The notes below the pieces were generated by a model. The model saw only the letters and a list, made by a program, of their open reading frames with translations. It was not told where the DNA came from and searched no databases. A program made the position numbers and the translations under genes. A stretch of DNA of 64,000 nt from an uncultured bacterium (GTDB lineage Bacteria > Patescibacteriota > Minisyncoccia > Phycocordibacterales > CAWITU01), in assembly GCA_963839205.1 (NCBI GenBank), contig CAWITU010000005.1, positions 2,121 through 66,120 on the forward strand, given 5' to 3'. Below, piece by piece: positions 55,148 through 64,000 of the stretch. Position 1 is the first letter of the stretch. Each line of letters opens with the position of its first letter.

Positions 55148-56423
55148 AAGTCGTCAAGAGTTCATTAAGTTGATTATCTGCAGAAGTTATAACATCACCC
55201 GAAACACTCGCTCCACTTACGACTGATTCTATCATGGTTTTAAATAGTGCATCTGTGGAAGAATCGTCTGGATCAAGCCAACCACGAGCCTGAAGCGCTG
55301 CTGTATAAAATAGCGACAAGGCAGCATTGCTTGGTGGAGTTTGAAGAAGATCAAGTCGAACCGGTGGCAAATTTGTCTGAGTAGTCAGGAATGCGATGGC
55401 ATCAGCATTAGTTAGAGCAGAAATTATATTTAATGCTCCTTGTTTGTTCGTGGAATTCTTCAAAATTGCTAAAGCTTGGATATTTCCAAATGTTACTGAA
55501 GCAGATGAAGCTCTTGCTTGAGGCAATGAGGCAACATCAAAATTCAGATTAGGATTTTTTGTTTGTATGTCACTCAATTCTGAAGCATAACCAAAATATA
55601 AACCTAAGTTACCGGCAATAAAATAATCTAGAGAGGTAGGCAGTGACTCATTCCAAGAATATTCAGGAGAAAGGGGATTCGCAAAACCAGTATAGAAATC
55701 AAGTGCAGATTGTGCTGGAGCAACCGCTTGACCTTCCTTATTAATCAAGTCAGAACGATATCCAATAGTCTGAAAACTATCTATAGGATTACCAGTCTGA
55801 AGAATCATGGCGGACAAAATATCTTTGGCATGAGAAACATTGTCATAGGTTCCAAGATCAACTCCACTTTGAGTAATAGTGAGCGATTGATTCTTTACCG
55901 TAATTTTTGGAACTAAATTATTTACATCGTCCCAATGAGCTGGAGGCAAAGCAATACCAGCTGATGAAAGAATGTCTCTATTCCAGTACATAACCATAGG
56001 ATCAACAATGTAAGGTAACCCAAGAATACCATTTGAATTCTCAAATAATTCCCCTTCTTGAATAAAAGTACTCTTAAAGGTTCTGTCCGAATAAGTTGAA
56101 TAAGGAATAGTGTAAACTTTTGACTGATCTTTCAATATCAAATTTTGAGGCAAGAATATTACATCTGGACCAGTGCCTTCTGCCAATGCATTTGTAAAAT
56201 CGGTTTCGTAGGTTGAAGGATTCTTATGAACATATATAGCATTCAAGGAAAATTGTTTAATGATTGCATCCATAACAGCTTGAGGCTCTGTACCCCACAC
56301 GACTACAGTTGCGCCTGACCCAGCACCTCCTCCTTTTCCTAGACCTGCAAAGATAAGAACTCCTCCTAAAATAAAAACAATAAAGGAGGCTAAGAGAATA
56401 AGTTGAAAGTTACTGGTCTTCAT
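55113..56423 (-). CDS. Extracellular solute-binding protein (ABC-transporter family-1 type), membrane-anchored
   Basis: This 436-aa ORF has an N-terminal TM segment (FQLILLASFIVFILGGVLIFAG) and a periplasmic-binding-protein-like layout (VVVWGTEP.., PDVIFLPQN.., MVMYWNRD). No permease or ATPase gene is adjacent. Confidence 0.55.
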   Translation of the reverse strand: MKTSNFQLILLASFIVFILGGVLIFAGLGKGGGAGSGATVVVWGTEPQAVMDAIIKQFSLNAIYVHKNPSTYETDFTNALAEGTGPDVIFLPQNLILKDQSKVYTIPYSTYSDRTFKSTFIQEGELFENSNGILGLPYIVDPMVMYWNRDILSSAGIALPPAHWDDVNNLVPKITVKNQSLTITQSGVDLGTYDNVSHAKDILSAMILQTGNPIDSFQTIGYRSDLINKEGQAVAPAQSALDFYTGFANPLSPEYSWNESLPTSLDYFIAGNLGLYFGYASELSDIQTKNPNLNFDVASLPQARASSASVTFGNIQALAILKNSTNKQGALNIISALTNADAIAFLTTQTNLPPVRLDLLQTPPSNAALSLFYTAALQARGWLDPDDSSTDALFKTMIESVVSGASVSGDVITSADNQLNELLTTYAPNTNATATQ

Positions 56424-56432
56424 ATTTATTTA

Positions 56433-56984
56433 TTATACTGTTTTTTTAAAAACTAATCCGTAGTGATGATCCCCAGCCTTAATTTCAAAATCAAACTCAA
56501 GGCCAGCACTCTTTAAAAGCTCCATGGCCTTTGCTTTCGGAAAAATATATTTAGGATGTGGACCGATATGTTTAAAAGAGTCCAACCAATCAACAACCAC
56601 AATCTTTCCATATTTTTTCAAAAGTTGTGCAGATTTTTTGACCATTTCTTCTTTTGCATCAATTTGAAAAAGAAGATTAGAAATAATTACCCTATCCGCA
56701 AGTGGTCCTTTAAGACCCAAATCTTTTTCTACGTTAGTTTTAATGGTTATTATATTATTTAAATTCTTTCTTTTAGCCTCATTTTTAAGTGAAACTAAAA
56801 GATCATCATTAATATCCAGCGCATAAATTTTTCCGTGTGGTCCAACTAAGTCCCCTAGACGAATAGTAAAATGACCGATGCCGGATCCGACATCAATAAT
56901 TGTCATACCCTCTCCTATATGAATTTGTTTGAGAATATCTTCCGGGTGTAGAAACATCCCATTAAGTATATAGTCTAAAGACAA
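56433..56984 (-). CDS. Class I SAM-dependent methyltransferase
   Basis: The ORF has [15 protein letters not shown] (motif I), YALDIN and ISNLLFQI. Its start overlaps the gyrA stop by 10 nt. Confidence 0.75.
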   Translation of the reverse strand: MSLDYILNGMFLHPEDILKQIHIGEGMTIIDVGSGIGHFTIRLGDLVGPHGKIYALDINDDLLVSLKNEAKRKNLNNIITIKTNVEKDLGLKGPLADRVIISNLLFQIDAKEEMVKKSAQLLKKYGKIVVVDWLDSFKHIGPHPKYIFPKAKAMELLKSAGLEFDFEIKAGDHHYGLVFKKTV

Positions 56985-59440
56985 ATTAAAGAAGCCAAAG
57001 AATCCCCCTCTCTAAGTTTCATTACGCGAACGCCTTGAGTTTGTCTGCCGAGTGATGGAATTTCTTTTATATCAACTCTGATGACTTGGCTTTTTTTAGA
57101 AATCGCAACAATCTCTTCCATTTCTTCTGTAACAACTTTTGATGAGATTAGTTTGCCTGTCTTTGCTGTAACTTTTGCAGTTTTAATTCCTGAGCCACCG
57201 CGCTTTTGAGTTTTATATTCTGTAAGTGAGGACTGTTTACCATAGCCATGTTCAGAAACAACTAGAATTTCAGGCTTCGTTGAGGTTTTTTTGATAACAT
57301 CGGCACCAACAATTTTGTCATCTTTGCTTATTTTCATTGCTCTAACTCCGCCAGCACTTCTTCCCATTTCTCGAATATCTGATTCTTTAAATCTGATTGA
57401 TTGGCCGTTAGCACTAACAATAATGACATCATCAGTCTTATCAACAAATGAGGCCGAAATTAAACTGTCTCCAGCATCAAGTCTAATAGCAATAATTCCA
57501 CTTCGGCGGACATCATGGAAACTTTCGGCTTTAACTTTTTTGCCGGTTCCATTTTCAGTAATAAGCATAAGAGATAGTGTGGAATTTTTAATTTCCTTAG
57601 GCATTGCCAAAATTGAAGTCACCTTTTCATCATTAGTTAGAGAAAGAAAATTCATAATTGATTTTCCACGAGTTGCTCTTCGTCCTTCTGGAAGTTCATA
57701 CATTTTCATTTGATAGGCCTTACCTTTGTCAGTAAAGAATAAAAGATCGCTATGAGTAGAAGCTGTTAGGAAAATTGTAATAAAATCTTCTTCTTTAGTA
57801 TCGAGATCAACAACCCCGACACCACCGCGTCTTTGTTTTCGATATTCGTCAGGATTTGTGCGTTTAATGTATCCACCTGAGGTTAAAACCAGAACGCTCT
57901 CTTCGTCGGCGATTGTATCTTCAATAGAAAAGTTCTTAGCACCGTGTTTAACAACCTTAGTACGTCTTTCATCACCATACTTTTCTTTGATTTCCTTAAG
58001 TTCATCCTTAATAATTCCGAGCATTTTCTTTGGATGAGCCAAAATATCCTTTAAAACCTTGATTAATTCCTGAATAGCATTCAATTCTTCTTCAATTTTC
58101 TTTCTTTCAAGTCCTGCTAATCTCTGGAGCTTCATATCAAGAATTGCAACCGCTTGTCTTTCAGAGAAACGAAATTCCTTCATCAAATTAAGTTTGGCGG
58201 TTTCAGTGTCCTTTGATTTTTTAATCAATTTGATGATTTCATCAATATGATCAAGAGCTTTTTTTAGACCAATTAAAATGTGCTCACGATCTTCCGCTTT
58301 TCTTAAATCAAATTCAGTTCGTCTCTTAATAATAATTTGTCGGTGAGCAACAAATTCTCCCAAAATAGTTTTTAGGGAGAGGGTCTGAGGTACTCCATCA
58401 ACGAGTGCCACCATGTTGAAATGGAAAGCTTCTTCAAGTTGAGTATGTTTATACAAAAAATTCAAAACACTTTGTGGGTGACTTCCTGATTTTAAATCGA
58501 TTGCGATTCTAATATCTTTAGCTGATTCATCTCTAAGACCCTTTATCCCCTCAATCTTTTTATCACGAACTAAATCAGCAATTGATTGAATAAGGGTTGC
58601 TTTGTTAACACGGAATGGAATTGAAGTAATGATAATTTGAGGATGACCTGATTTATCTTCAGTAATTTCTGCCTCGCCTCTCGTAACTACTCCACCACGG
58701 CCAGTACTATAAGCATGCTTCAAATCTTTTTCGCCATAGACCACACCACCAGTTGGAAAATCTGGACCTTTAACAAATTGAAGTAAGTCATCAGTTGTTG
58801 CTTCTTCATTATCAATAAGATGGGTGGTTGCATCAATTACTTCACCAAGATTATGTGGAGCAATGTTTGTGGCCATACCAACAGCAATGCCCAGTGTTCC
58901 ATTCAAGAGAAGACTTGGGACAGCAGAAGGAAGTACAGCTGGTTCTTTTTTACTGCCATCATAGTTTGGATGAAAATCAACAGTCTCTTTTTCAAGATCA
59001 CGAAGAAGTTCACTTGAAAGGCGACTCATTTTTGCTTCTGTGTACCTGTAGGCAGCGGCAGTATCTCCATCGATTGAACCAAAGTTACCCTGTCCGAGAA
59101 TTAAAGGATATCGGTAACTAAAATCTTGAGCCATCTTTACCATTGAGTCGTAGACGGCGACGTCACCGTGAGGGTGATAACTACCGAGCACGTCTCCAAC
59201 TACTGTTGCTGATTTACGAAACTTAGCTGATGAGGTGAGGCCCTTCTCGTGCATGGAAAACAAAATACGTCGGTGAACAGGTTTTAATCCGTCTCTAACA
59301 TCTGGCAAAGCACGGTCAGTAATAACGGACATGGCGTAGTCAATAAAAGACTCACGCATTTCTGCGACGAGCCCGCGATCAACAACATGGTCGCTTTCGA
59401 GGAAAGTTTTTTGGTCTGGATTGTCGTTCTTTTTAGCCAT
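56975..59440 (-). CDS. gyrA: DNA gyrase subunit A
   Basis: This 821-aa ORF is intact and contains [17 protein letters not shown] and AAAYRYTE (active-site Tyr), plus a C-terminal beta-pinwheel. gyrB is not adjacent. Confidence 0.96.
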   Translation of the reverse strand: MAKKNDNPDQKTFLESDHVVDRGLVAEMRESFIDYAMSVITDRALPDVRDGLKPVHRRILFSMHEKGLTSSAKFRKSATVVGDVLGSYHPHGDVAVYDSMVKMAQDFSYRYPLILGQGNFGSIDGDTAAAYRYTEAKMSRLSSELLRDLEKETVDFHPNYDGSKKEPAVLPSAVPSLLLNGTLGIAVGMATNIAPHNLGEVIDATTHLIDNEEATTDDLLQFVKGPDFPTGGVVYGEKDLKHAYSTGRGGVVTRGEAEITEDKSGHPQIIITSIPFRVNKATLIQSIADLVRDKKIEGIKGLRDESAKDIRIAIDLKSGSHPQSVLNFLYKHTQLEEAFHFNMVALVDGVPQTLSLKTILGEFVAHRQIIIKRRTEFDLRKAEDREHILIGLKKALDHIDEIIKLIKKSKDTETAKLNLMKEFRFSERQAVAILDMKLQRLAGLERKKIEEELNAIQELIKVLKDILAHPKKMLGIIKDELKEIKEKYGDERRTKVVKHGAKNFSIEDTIADEESVLVLTSGGYIKRTNPDEYRKQRRGGVGVVDLDTKEEDFITIFLTASTHSDLLFFTDKGKAYQMKMYELPEGRRATRGKSIMNFLSLTNDEKVTSILAMPKEIKNSTLSLMLITENGTGKKVKAESFHDVRRSGIIAIRLDAGDSLISASFVDKTDDVIIVSANGQSIRFKESDIREMGRSAGGVRAMKISKDDKIVGADVIKKTSTKPEILVVSEHGYGKQSSLTEYKTQKRGGSGIKTAKVTAKTGKLISSKVVTEEMEEIVAISKKSQVIRVDIKEIPSLGRQTQGVRVMKLREGDSLASLICL

Positions 59441-59479
59441 TATCCGATAATTATATCATAAAACGACGCTCTTTTTCAA

Positions 59480-59701
59480 CTAGAAATTAAACTTCGCTTC
59501 AATAGACTGAAGGTTTGTTGTAAAGTCATCATAAGAAGACTTAATGCCTGAGACATGAGAAATAGTCCCTCCAAGAGAAATATAAAAAGCGATGAACCAA
59601 ATAATAAAAATGACCGCGGTAATACTAAAAGTCGTAATCAGAAGAATTCTCTTTCTCTCGTGAATAGGTTTTTTATGAAGTCTTTCTAAAAAATCAGCCA
59701 T
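59480..59701 (-). CDS. Hypothetical small single-TM protein
   Basis: This 73-aa ORF has a TM helix (ILLITTFSITAVIFIIWFIAFYI). Confidence 0.45.
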   Translation of the reverse strand: MADFLERLHKKPIHERKRILLITTFSITAVIFIIWFIAFYISLGGTISHVSGIKSSYDDFTTNLQSIEAKFNF

Positions 59702-59709
59702 AGTTTAAA

Positions 59710-60342
59710 TTAGCTTTGCTCTTCAATCACCATCACTTCGGCCTCCTTGCCATCCAAATCTTTTTTCTTAAGTGTTAACTTTTCGAGCATTTCTGCTTTT
59801 TCATCACCACCTTCTTTCAAAAATAGTTTTAGGTTTTTATCACCCTTTTCAAACTGAACTGGAATAATAATTTTAGGTTCAATTGAAACAGCTAATTTGT
59901 AGGCATCGGAAGGAGTTAGGACACCATCACCACCAATTGGTACAAATAGTATATCAACTTCACTTAATGCCTCCTTAGCTTCAGCAGAAAGTGTTGTAGT
60001 TGAAATCGCACCCAGAAAACAAACGTTCATTCCGTCCATTGAAAGATGGTAAATAGTATTAATTCTTTTCTGTACACTATAATTTGATTCTGATTGAATA
60101 CCCTTGATGAAAACCCCTTGAATTTCGTATTCGCCCGGTCCGTCAATGACTACCGCTGATTTATCACCGCGCGCGAGGAGCGCTCCCCCATTAAAATCAG
60201 GATGATTTATGGAAGTTAGGGCAATATTGGCCCCAAATGAGTTTTTTTTATATTTTGAATCTTTTGATGGAGCATTAAACGCTACAACTGTATCCCCTGC
60301 TTGAAGTTTGACGAATTGCAGACCGTAGTAAGTAATAATCAT
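59710..60342 (-). CDS. MBL-fold (UPF0173-like) hydrolase-family protein
   Basis: The ORF reads MIITYYGLQFVKL...ALTSINHPDFNG...ILFVPIGG, a layout like the Lactamase_B_3 family. The canonical HxHxDH motif is not evident. Confidence 0.5.
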   Translation of the reverse strand: MIITYYGLQFVKLQAGDTVVAFNAPSKDSKYKKNSFGANIALTSINHPDFNGGALLARGDKSAVVIDGPGEYEIQGVFIKGIQSESNYSVQKRINTIYHLSMDGMNVCFLGAISTTTLSAEAKEALSEVDILFVPIGGDGVLTPSDAYKLAVSIEPKIIIPVQFEKGDKNLKLFLKEGGDEKAEMLEKLTLKKKDLDGKEAEVMVIEEQS

Positions 60343-60385
60343 AGATTTTAGTATAACAGATGTTAGAATAACTTTACAAAGATAT

Positions 60386-60928
60386 ATGAAACCAATTATT
60401 GACAGCTCGATGACTCTTGAAGAAGCACTTCAAGGAATAAATATTCCAGATCGCATCAAAATCAACTTAAATTTAATTGATGTTCAATACTTTTCTTTTG
60501 ATAATAAACTCCACCAAGGACAATTAGTTATTCACTCTAAAGTCGTAAATGAGGTCGTTGAAATATTTGAAAAAATAAGAGAACTACAATTCCCTATTTT
60601 AAAAGTTATTCCAGTTTCTATTTATAAATGGTCGGACGAGGTCTCAATGGCTAACAATAATACTTCGGCTTTCAATTATCGTTTTATTTTTGGAACAGAG
60701 AGACTTTCCAATCATTCATATGGTTTAGCAATAGATATAAATCCTCTTCTTAATCCTTATACACAGATTGACGGCATCATTGTACCAAGAGGTGGAATCT
60801 ATGATGTTAACAAAATTGGAACTATAACCGCCGATTCTAAAATTGTTGAACTGTTTAAATCTCACGGCTGGCAATGGGGCGGAAATTGGGAAAGAAAGGA
60901 CTGGCAACACTTCGATAAAAATCTTTAA
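60386..60928 (+). CDS. M15-family metallopeptidase (VanY / D-Ala-D-Ala carboxypeptidase-like)
   Basis: The ORF has HSYGLAIDINP (H..D zinc ligands) and WGGNWERKDWQHFD (the third His). Confidence 0.75.
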   Translation: MKPIIDSSMTLEEALQGINIPDRIKINLNLIDVQYFSFDNKLHQGQLVIHSKVVNEVVEIFEKIRELQFPILKVIPVSIYKWSDEVSMANNNTSAFNYRFIFGTERLSNHSYGLAIDINPLLNPYTQIDGIIVPRGGIYDVNKIGTITADSKIVELFKSHGWQWGGNWERKDWQHFDKNL

Positions 60929-61044
60929 ATGGTTGCTTTTTGCTAGAGAATACGTATACTACTCGCATTATTAGTTCGAAACCCGAACGCGTAACCCCGC
61001 CCTTGTCACGATTGTCCTTCAGGCGAAACGCAGGGTCATTTTTT

Positions 61045-62139
61045 ATGCAAGAAAAAGAAATAATTATAGAAGAGAAGAAAAGCACGGTAATGAGTAAGGT
61101 CTTAATCGACAGCGTTAACCCCCCATCTGCGGGAGATATTGTCGAGGGGCCTGTTGTTGCTATCTCAAAAAACAGCATCTTTATTGATCTTAAACCGTAT
61201 GGAACGGGCATCATCTTTGGACGAGAATATATCTCTGTTCGCGATGTTATCAAAAAAATAAACATCGGCGACCTGGTCGCCGCAAAAGTTGTTAGCTTGG
61301 ATGGAAATGATGAAGGATACATTGAACTCTCACTCAAAGAAGCTAAACAAGCAATGGTTTGGAGCGATGCCGAGAAAGCCATGAGAGAAAAGACTGTTCT
61401 AGATGTTCCTGTACTTGAAGCTAACAAAGGTGGCATCATCCTAAGTTGGCAAGGTATGCAAGGCTTTCTTCCTGCTTCCCAACTAAAGGCTGAGCATTAC
61501 CCTAGAGTAGCTGATGGTGATAAGGACAGAATCCTGGAAGAACTTAAAAAATTCGTCGGTACCAAAATTTCAGTCGTGATTATTTCGGCTGACCCAAAGG
61601 AAGGCAAATTGATTTTCTCAGAAAAGAATCCTGAGGAACGAAATAAGGAAACTATGGTTGGTAAATACGAAGTCGGTCAAGAACTTCAGGCTGAAGTTAC
61701 TGGTATCGTTGATTTCGGTATCTTCGTCAAAATTGAAGATGGTCTTGAAGGATTAGTTCACATTTCAGAAATTGATTGGGCGCTAGTTGAAGATCCAAAA
61801 GCTCTATTTAAAATTGGAGACAAAGTTAAAGTAAAAATTATTGAAATCAAAGAAGGTAAAATTTCACTTTCAATTAAGGCTCTTAAAGAAAATCCTTGGA
61901 AAGAAGCTGAAAAGAAATACAAAAAAGACGACATCGTTAAAGGAGTTGTCATCAAATTCAACAGACACGGAGCTTTGGCTTCTATCGAAGAAGGCATCGC
62001 TGGCTTGGTTCACATTTCTGAATTCGGCAGTGAGGAAAAACTAAGATCAACACTTGAACTTGGTAAGAACTATACTTTCAAAATCTCTCTCTTTGATTCT
62101 AAGGAGCAGAAGATGGCTCTATCGTACGTTGGAGCCTAA
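61045..62139 (+). CDS. rpsA: 30S ribosomal protein S1 (four S1 domains)
   Basis: Repeated S1 motifs occur (GDIVEGPVVAI.., GGIILSWQGMQGFLPASQL, VDFGIFVKIEDGLEGLVHISE, RHGALASIEEGIAGLVHISE). I chose the ATG at 61045 (MQEKE) over the upstream ORF start at 60940. Confidence 0.8.
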   Translation: MQEKEIIIEEKKSTVMSKVLIDSVNPPSAGDIVEGPVVAISKNSIFIDLKPYGTGIIFGREYISVRDVIKKINIGDLVAAKVVSLDGNDEGYIELSLKEAKQAMVWSDAEKAMREKTVLDVPVLEANKGGIILSWQGMQGFLPASQLKAEHYPRVADGDKDRILEELKKFVGTKISVVIISADPKEGKLIFSEKNPEERNKETMVGKYEVGQELQAEVTGIVDFGIFVKIEDGLEGLVHISEIDWALVEDPKALFKIGDKVKVKIIEIKEGKISLSIKALKENPWKEAEKKYKKDDIVKGVVIKFNRHGALASIEEGIAGLVHISEFGSEEKLRSTLELGKNYTFKISLFDSKEQKMALSYVGA

Positions 62140-62727
62140 CTACTGATTAAACTCACCCATAGCCGCCTCCTTTCCGCTCATAATGATTTCTTCCAGAGCG
62201 GAGGAGGCGGTTTTGGCTGTCTTTTTCATTAGTTCCATTTCAGGCTTTTTGAATGGACCGATAATAAAATCCAAAATCTTTTTAGGATCTGGTTTTTTAG
62301 CTTGGCCTTTTGAGGTTCTACCTGAAATACCAACCCTAAGACGAATAAAATCTTCTGTCTTGATAGCACGAATGATAGACTCAACACCCTTGTGACCACC
62401 TGAACCCCGTTTAAAGGAAACCTTGATCCGGCCGAGCGGGAGATCGAGGTCGTCGTGCACGACGACCAATCGCTCGGCCGCCTTTTTGCTTTTAATAATT
62501 AATTTAATTGAATTCCCTGACTTATTCATAAATGTCTCTGGCTCAATAAGAGTAACAGGTTCCTTGCCAATCTTTCCTTCCGTTTTCAGAGCATTTAATT
62601 TTTTATCAAATACAAGTGCGGGAAAATTATTTTTTTTACAAAAGGCATCCACCACAATTCTTCCGACGTTGTGTCTTGTCTCTTTATACTCTTCTCCAGG
62701 ATTGCCTAAACCAACAATGATATACAT
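62140..62727 (-). CDS. pth: Peptidyl-tRNA hydrolase
   Basis: The translation MYIIVGLGNPGEEYKETRHNVG...VVHDDLDLPLGRIK..GGHKG supports the call. Confidence 0.92.
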   Translation of the reverse strand: MYIIVGLGNPGEEYKETRHNVGRIVVDAFCKKNNFPALVFDKKLNALKTEGKIGKEPVTLIEPETFMNKSGNSIKLIIKSKKAAERLVVVHDDLDLPLGRIKVSFKRGSGGHKGVESIIRAIKTEDFIRLRVGISGRTSKGQAKKPDPKKILDFIIGPFKKPEMELMKKTAKTASSALEEIIMSGKEAAMGEFNQ

Positions 62728-62800
62728 GATTTAATATTTTATCACAGAAAACATGCTTAGTGCTTGTGTCAAATCAATTTCTCCACTATGATTGGTGCCA

Positions 62801-63373
62801 ATGGAAAGCGAACAGCCTAAAAAGAAAAGCAGTTTTCTTCAAGACATTAAGGATATTCTGATCTTCGCCGTTATCGCCTTCGCCATACTATTACCAGTCC
62901 GTTTATTTATTGCTCAGCCATTCATCGTTATGGGTACCTCCATGGATCCAACTTTTGAAAATGGAGACTACATTATTGTTGATGAAATTTCATACAAACT
63001 CGAGAAACCACAAAGAGGAGACGTGGTTATTTTCAAGTTTCCTCAAGACCAAACAAAAGATTTTATAAAAAGGATTATTGGCCTACCTGGAGAAAAAGTT
63101 GTAATCAAGAATAATACTATCACTATCATAAACAAAGATAATCCAAATGGTTTTGTTTTAAGCGAACCTTATCTTACTTTTACAGGGACAATGGCGGACC
63201 AGACGGTTCAACTAGACAACAATAGTTATTTTGTAATGGGAGATAATAGACCAGTTAGTTACGATTCTAGATCATGGGGCCCTGTTTCTTCAAACTTAAT
63301 TATTGGACGAGCAATCGTAAGAGCACTTCCTTTAAATCAGATCGGAATTTTCCCAGGAAAAGAAACTCAATAA
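62801..63373 (+). CDS. lepB: Signal peptidase I
   Basis: The ORF has a TM anchor, GTSMDPTFENGDYIIVD (catalytic Ser), KRIIGLPGE (catalytic Lys) and GDNRPVSYDSR. Confidence 0.9.
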   Translation: MESEQPKKKSSFLQDIKDILIFAVIAFAILLPVRLFIAQPFIVMGTSMDPTFENGDYIIVDEISYKLEKPQRGDVVIFKFPQDQTKDFIKRIIGLPGEKVVIKNNTITIINKDNPNGFVLSEPYLTFTGTMADQTVQLDNNSYFVMGDNRPVSYDSRSWGPVSSNLIIGRAIVRALPLNQIGIFPGKETQ

Positions 63374-63374
63374 C

Positions 63375-64000
63375 ATGGCCAAAATACAAAATAAAAAAAG
63401 CGGCACCAATACTTTCACTCTCCCAAAAGAATATGTTAAAGCCGCTCTGACCGCCTCTTACTACGGCTTTAATCACATTTCTGATATTTCAGTTGAGAGA
63501 GAAGATTTACAAAAGGCTAAATCATATAGAGAATCAAGCTTTAAAGAAGTTAAACCTTTTGCCGACTCTCAGCATACTTTCTCAGGATACTTTGAAGAAA
63601 AAATTGCAGTCATGCGAAATTATCTGGACAAGAAGATGTCTCACCTACCACAGCCAATCATGATTTTCTACGAAGGTCCTCTTAAAGGAAATCCTCATAT
63701 CAAAAAGGTATTCAAAGAAAGAACATTCAACCTTGAAATTATTGGTAATCCAAAAAGTAGTGCCGAAGCTATGATAATTGAGACGGCATTTCTTATTGCG
63801 AAGGACCATTATCCAAAAGCAAACCTTTCAGTTGAACTTAACTCTATCGGGGACAAGGAATCTCTTGGACGTTTTCTAAAAGAAGTTGGAAAGTATTATA
63901 AAAAGCACATGACTAACCTACCTGGGCAATGCCGACACATTGCTCGAGAAGATATTTTTGAAGCTTTGAATTGTGGGGATACTGCCTGTCGTGAACTAGC
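63375..64000 (+). CDS. Histidyl-tRNA-synthetase-like class II core protein (HisS/HisZ-like), 3' end cut by the window
   Basis: The ATG is at 63375. The stretch FNLEIIGNPKSSAEAMIIETAFLIAKDHYPKANLSVELNSIGDKESLGRFLKEV follows the HisRS pattern (F.Q.G.E.IG..DAE.I.L....L.....L.LNS.G). The N-terminus is atypical. Confidence 0.45.
   Translation, partial: MAKIQNKKSGTNTFTLPKEYVKAALTASYYGFNHISDISVEREDLQKAKSYRESSFKEVKPFADSQHTFSGYFEEKIAVMRNYLDKKMSHLPQPIMIFYEGPLKGNPHIKKVFKERTFNLEIIGNPKSSAEAMIIETAFLIAKDHYPKANLSVELNSIGDKESLGRFLKEVGKYYKKHMTNLPGQCRHIAREDIFEALNCGDTACREL

Noticed and set aside
59710-60342. The MBL-fold protein lacking an HxHxDH motif as a possible novel pseudo-enzyme.
   Set aside because: The UPF0173/Lactamase_B_3-type family assignment is itself only moderate-confidence from sequence inspection. 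Motif absence cannot be asserted without an alignment.

Overview
The window is a low-GC bacterial chromosome segment: sampled 60-nt lines give about 32% G+C. Its gene content looks like a reduced-genome CPR/Patescibacteria (Parcubacteria-like) organism, and this placement is inferred from gene content only. All function calls come from motif recognition in the supplied translations; no searches were run.

Core genes:
- The tail of the ribosomal alpha operon: infA-rpmJ-rpsM-rpsK-rpsD-rpoA-rplQ-rplM-rpsI.
- alaS, dinB, dnaX, serS, dprA, topA, parB, murB, murA, miaA, clpB, a cysteine desulfurase, infB-rbfA, gpmA, gyrA, rpsA, pth and lepB.
- Eight tRNAs: Gln, Leu-CAA, Trp, Tyr, and a Cys/Leu-TAA/Lys/Leu-TAG cluster.
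- rpmG and rpmJ, which fall below the ORF-track size cutoff.

Accessory content:
1. An AT-rich defence island at about 21.9-26.7 kb beside tRNA-Gln. It holds a Dam-family MTase, a DUF262/DUF1524 GmrSD-like enzyme, a small PD-(D/E)xK nuclease, a second MTase and a standalone HEPN protein.
2. A SAM-I riboswitch in front of a badly fragmented metK.
3. A run of five genes (six domains) encoding VirB2/TrbC-like T4SS-pilin-type small membrane proteins at 52.9-55.1 kb.
4. A PAICS-like fused PurC-PurE ORF.
5. Several GC-rich (about 50-55%) cassettes of unknown function, each bounded by strong hairpins.

Major caveat: about 15 genes, including essential ones, are interrupted by roughly 30 single-base frame changes. 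Where a site could be localised it sits in a short homopolymer. I read this mainly as assembly or sequencing indel error rather than true pseudogenisation, but that cannot be proven from the sequence alone.
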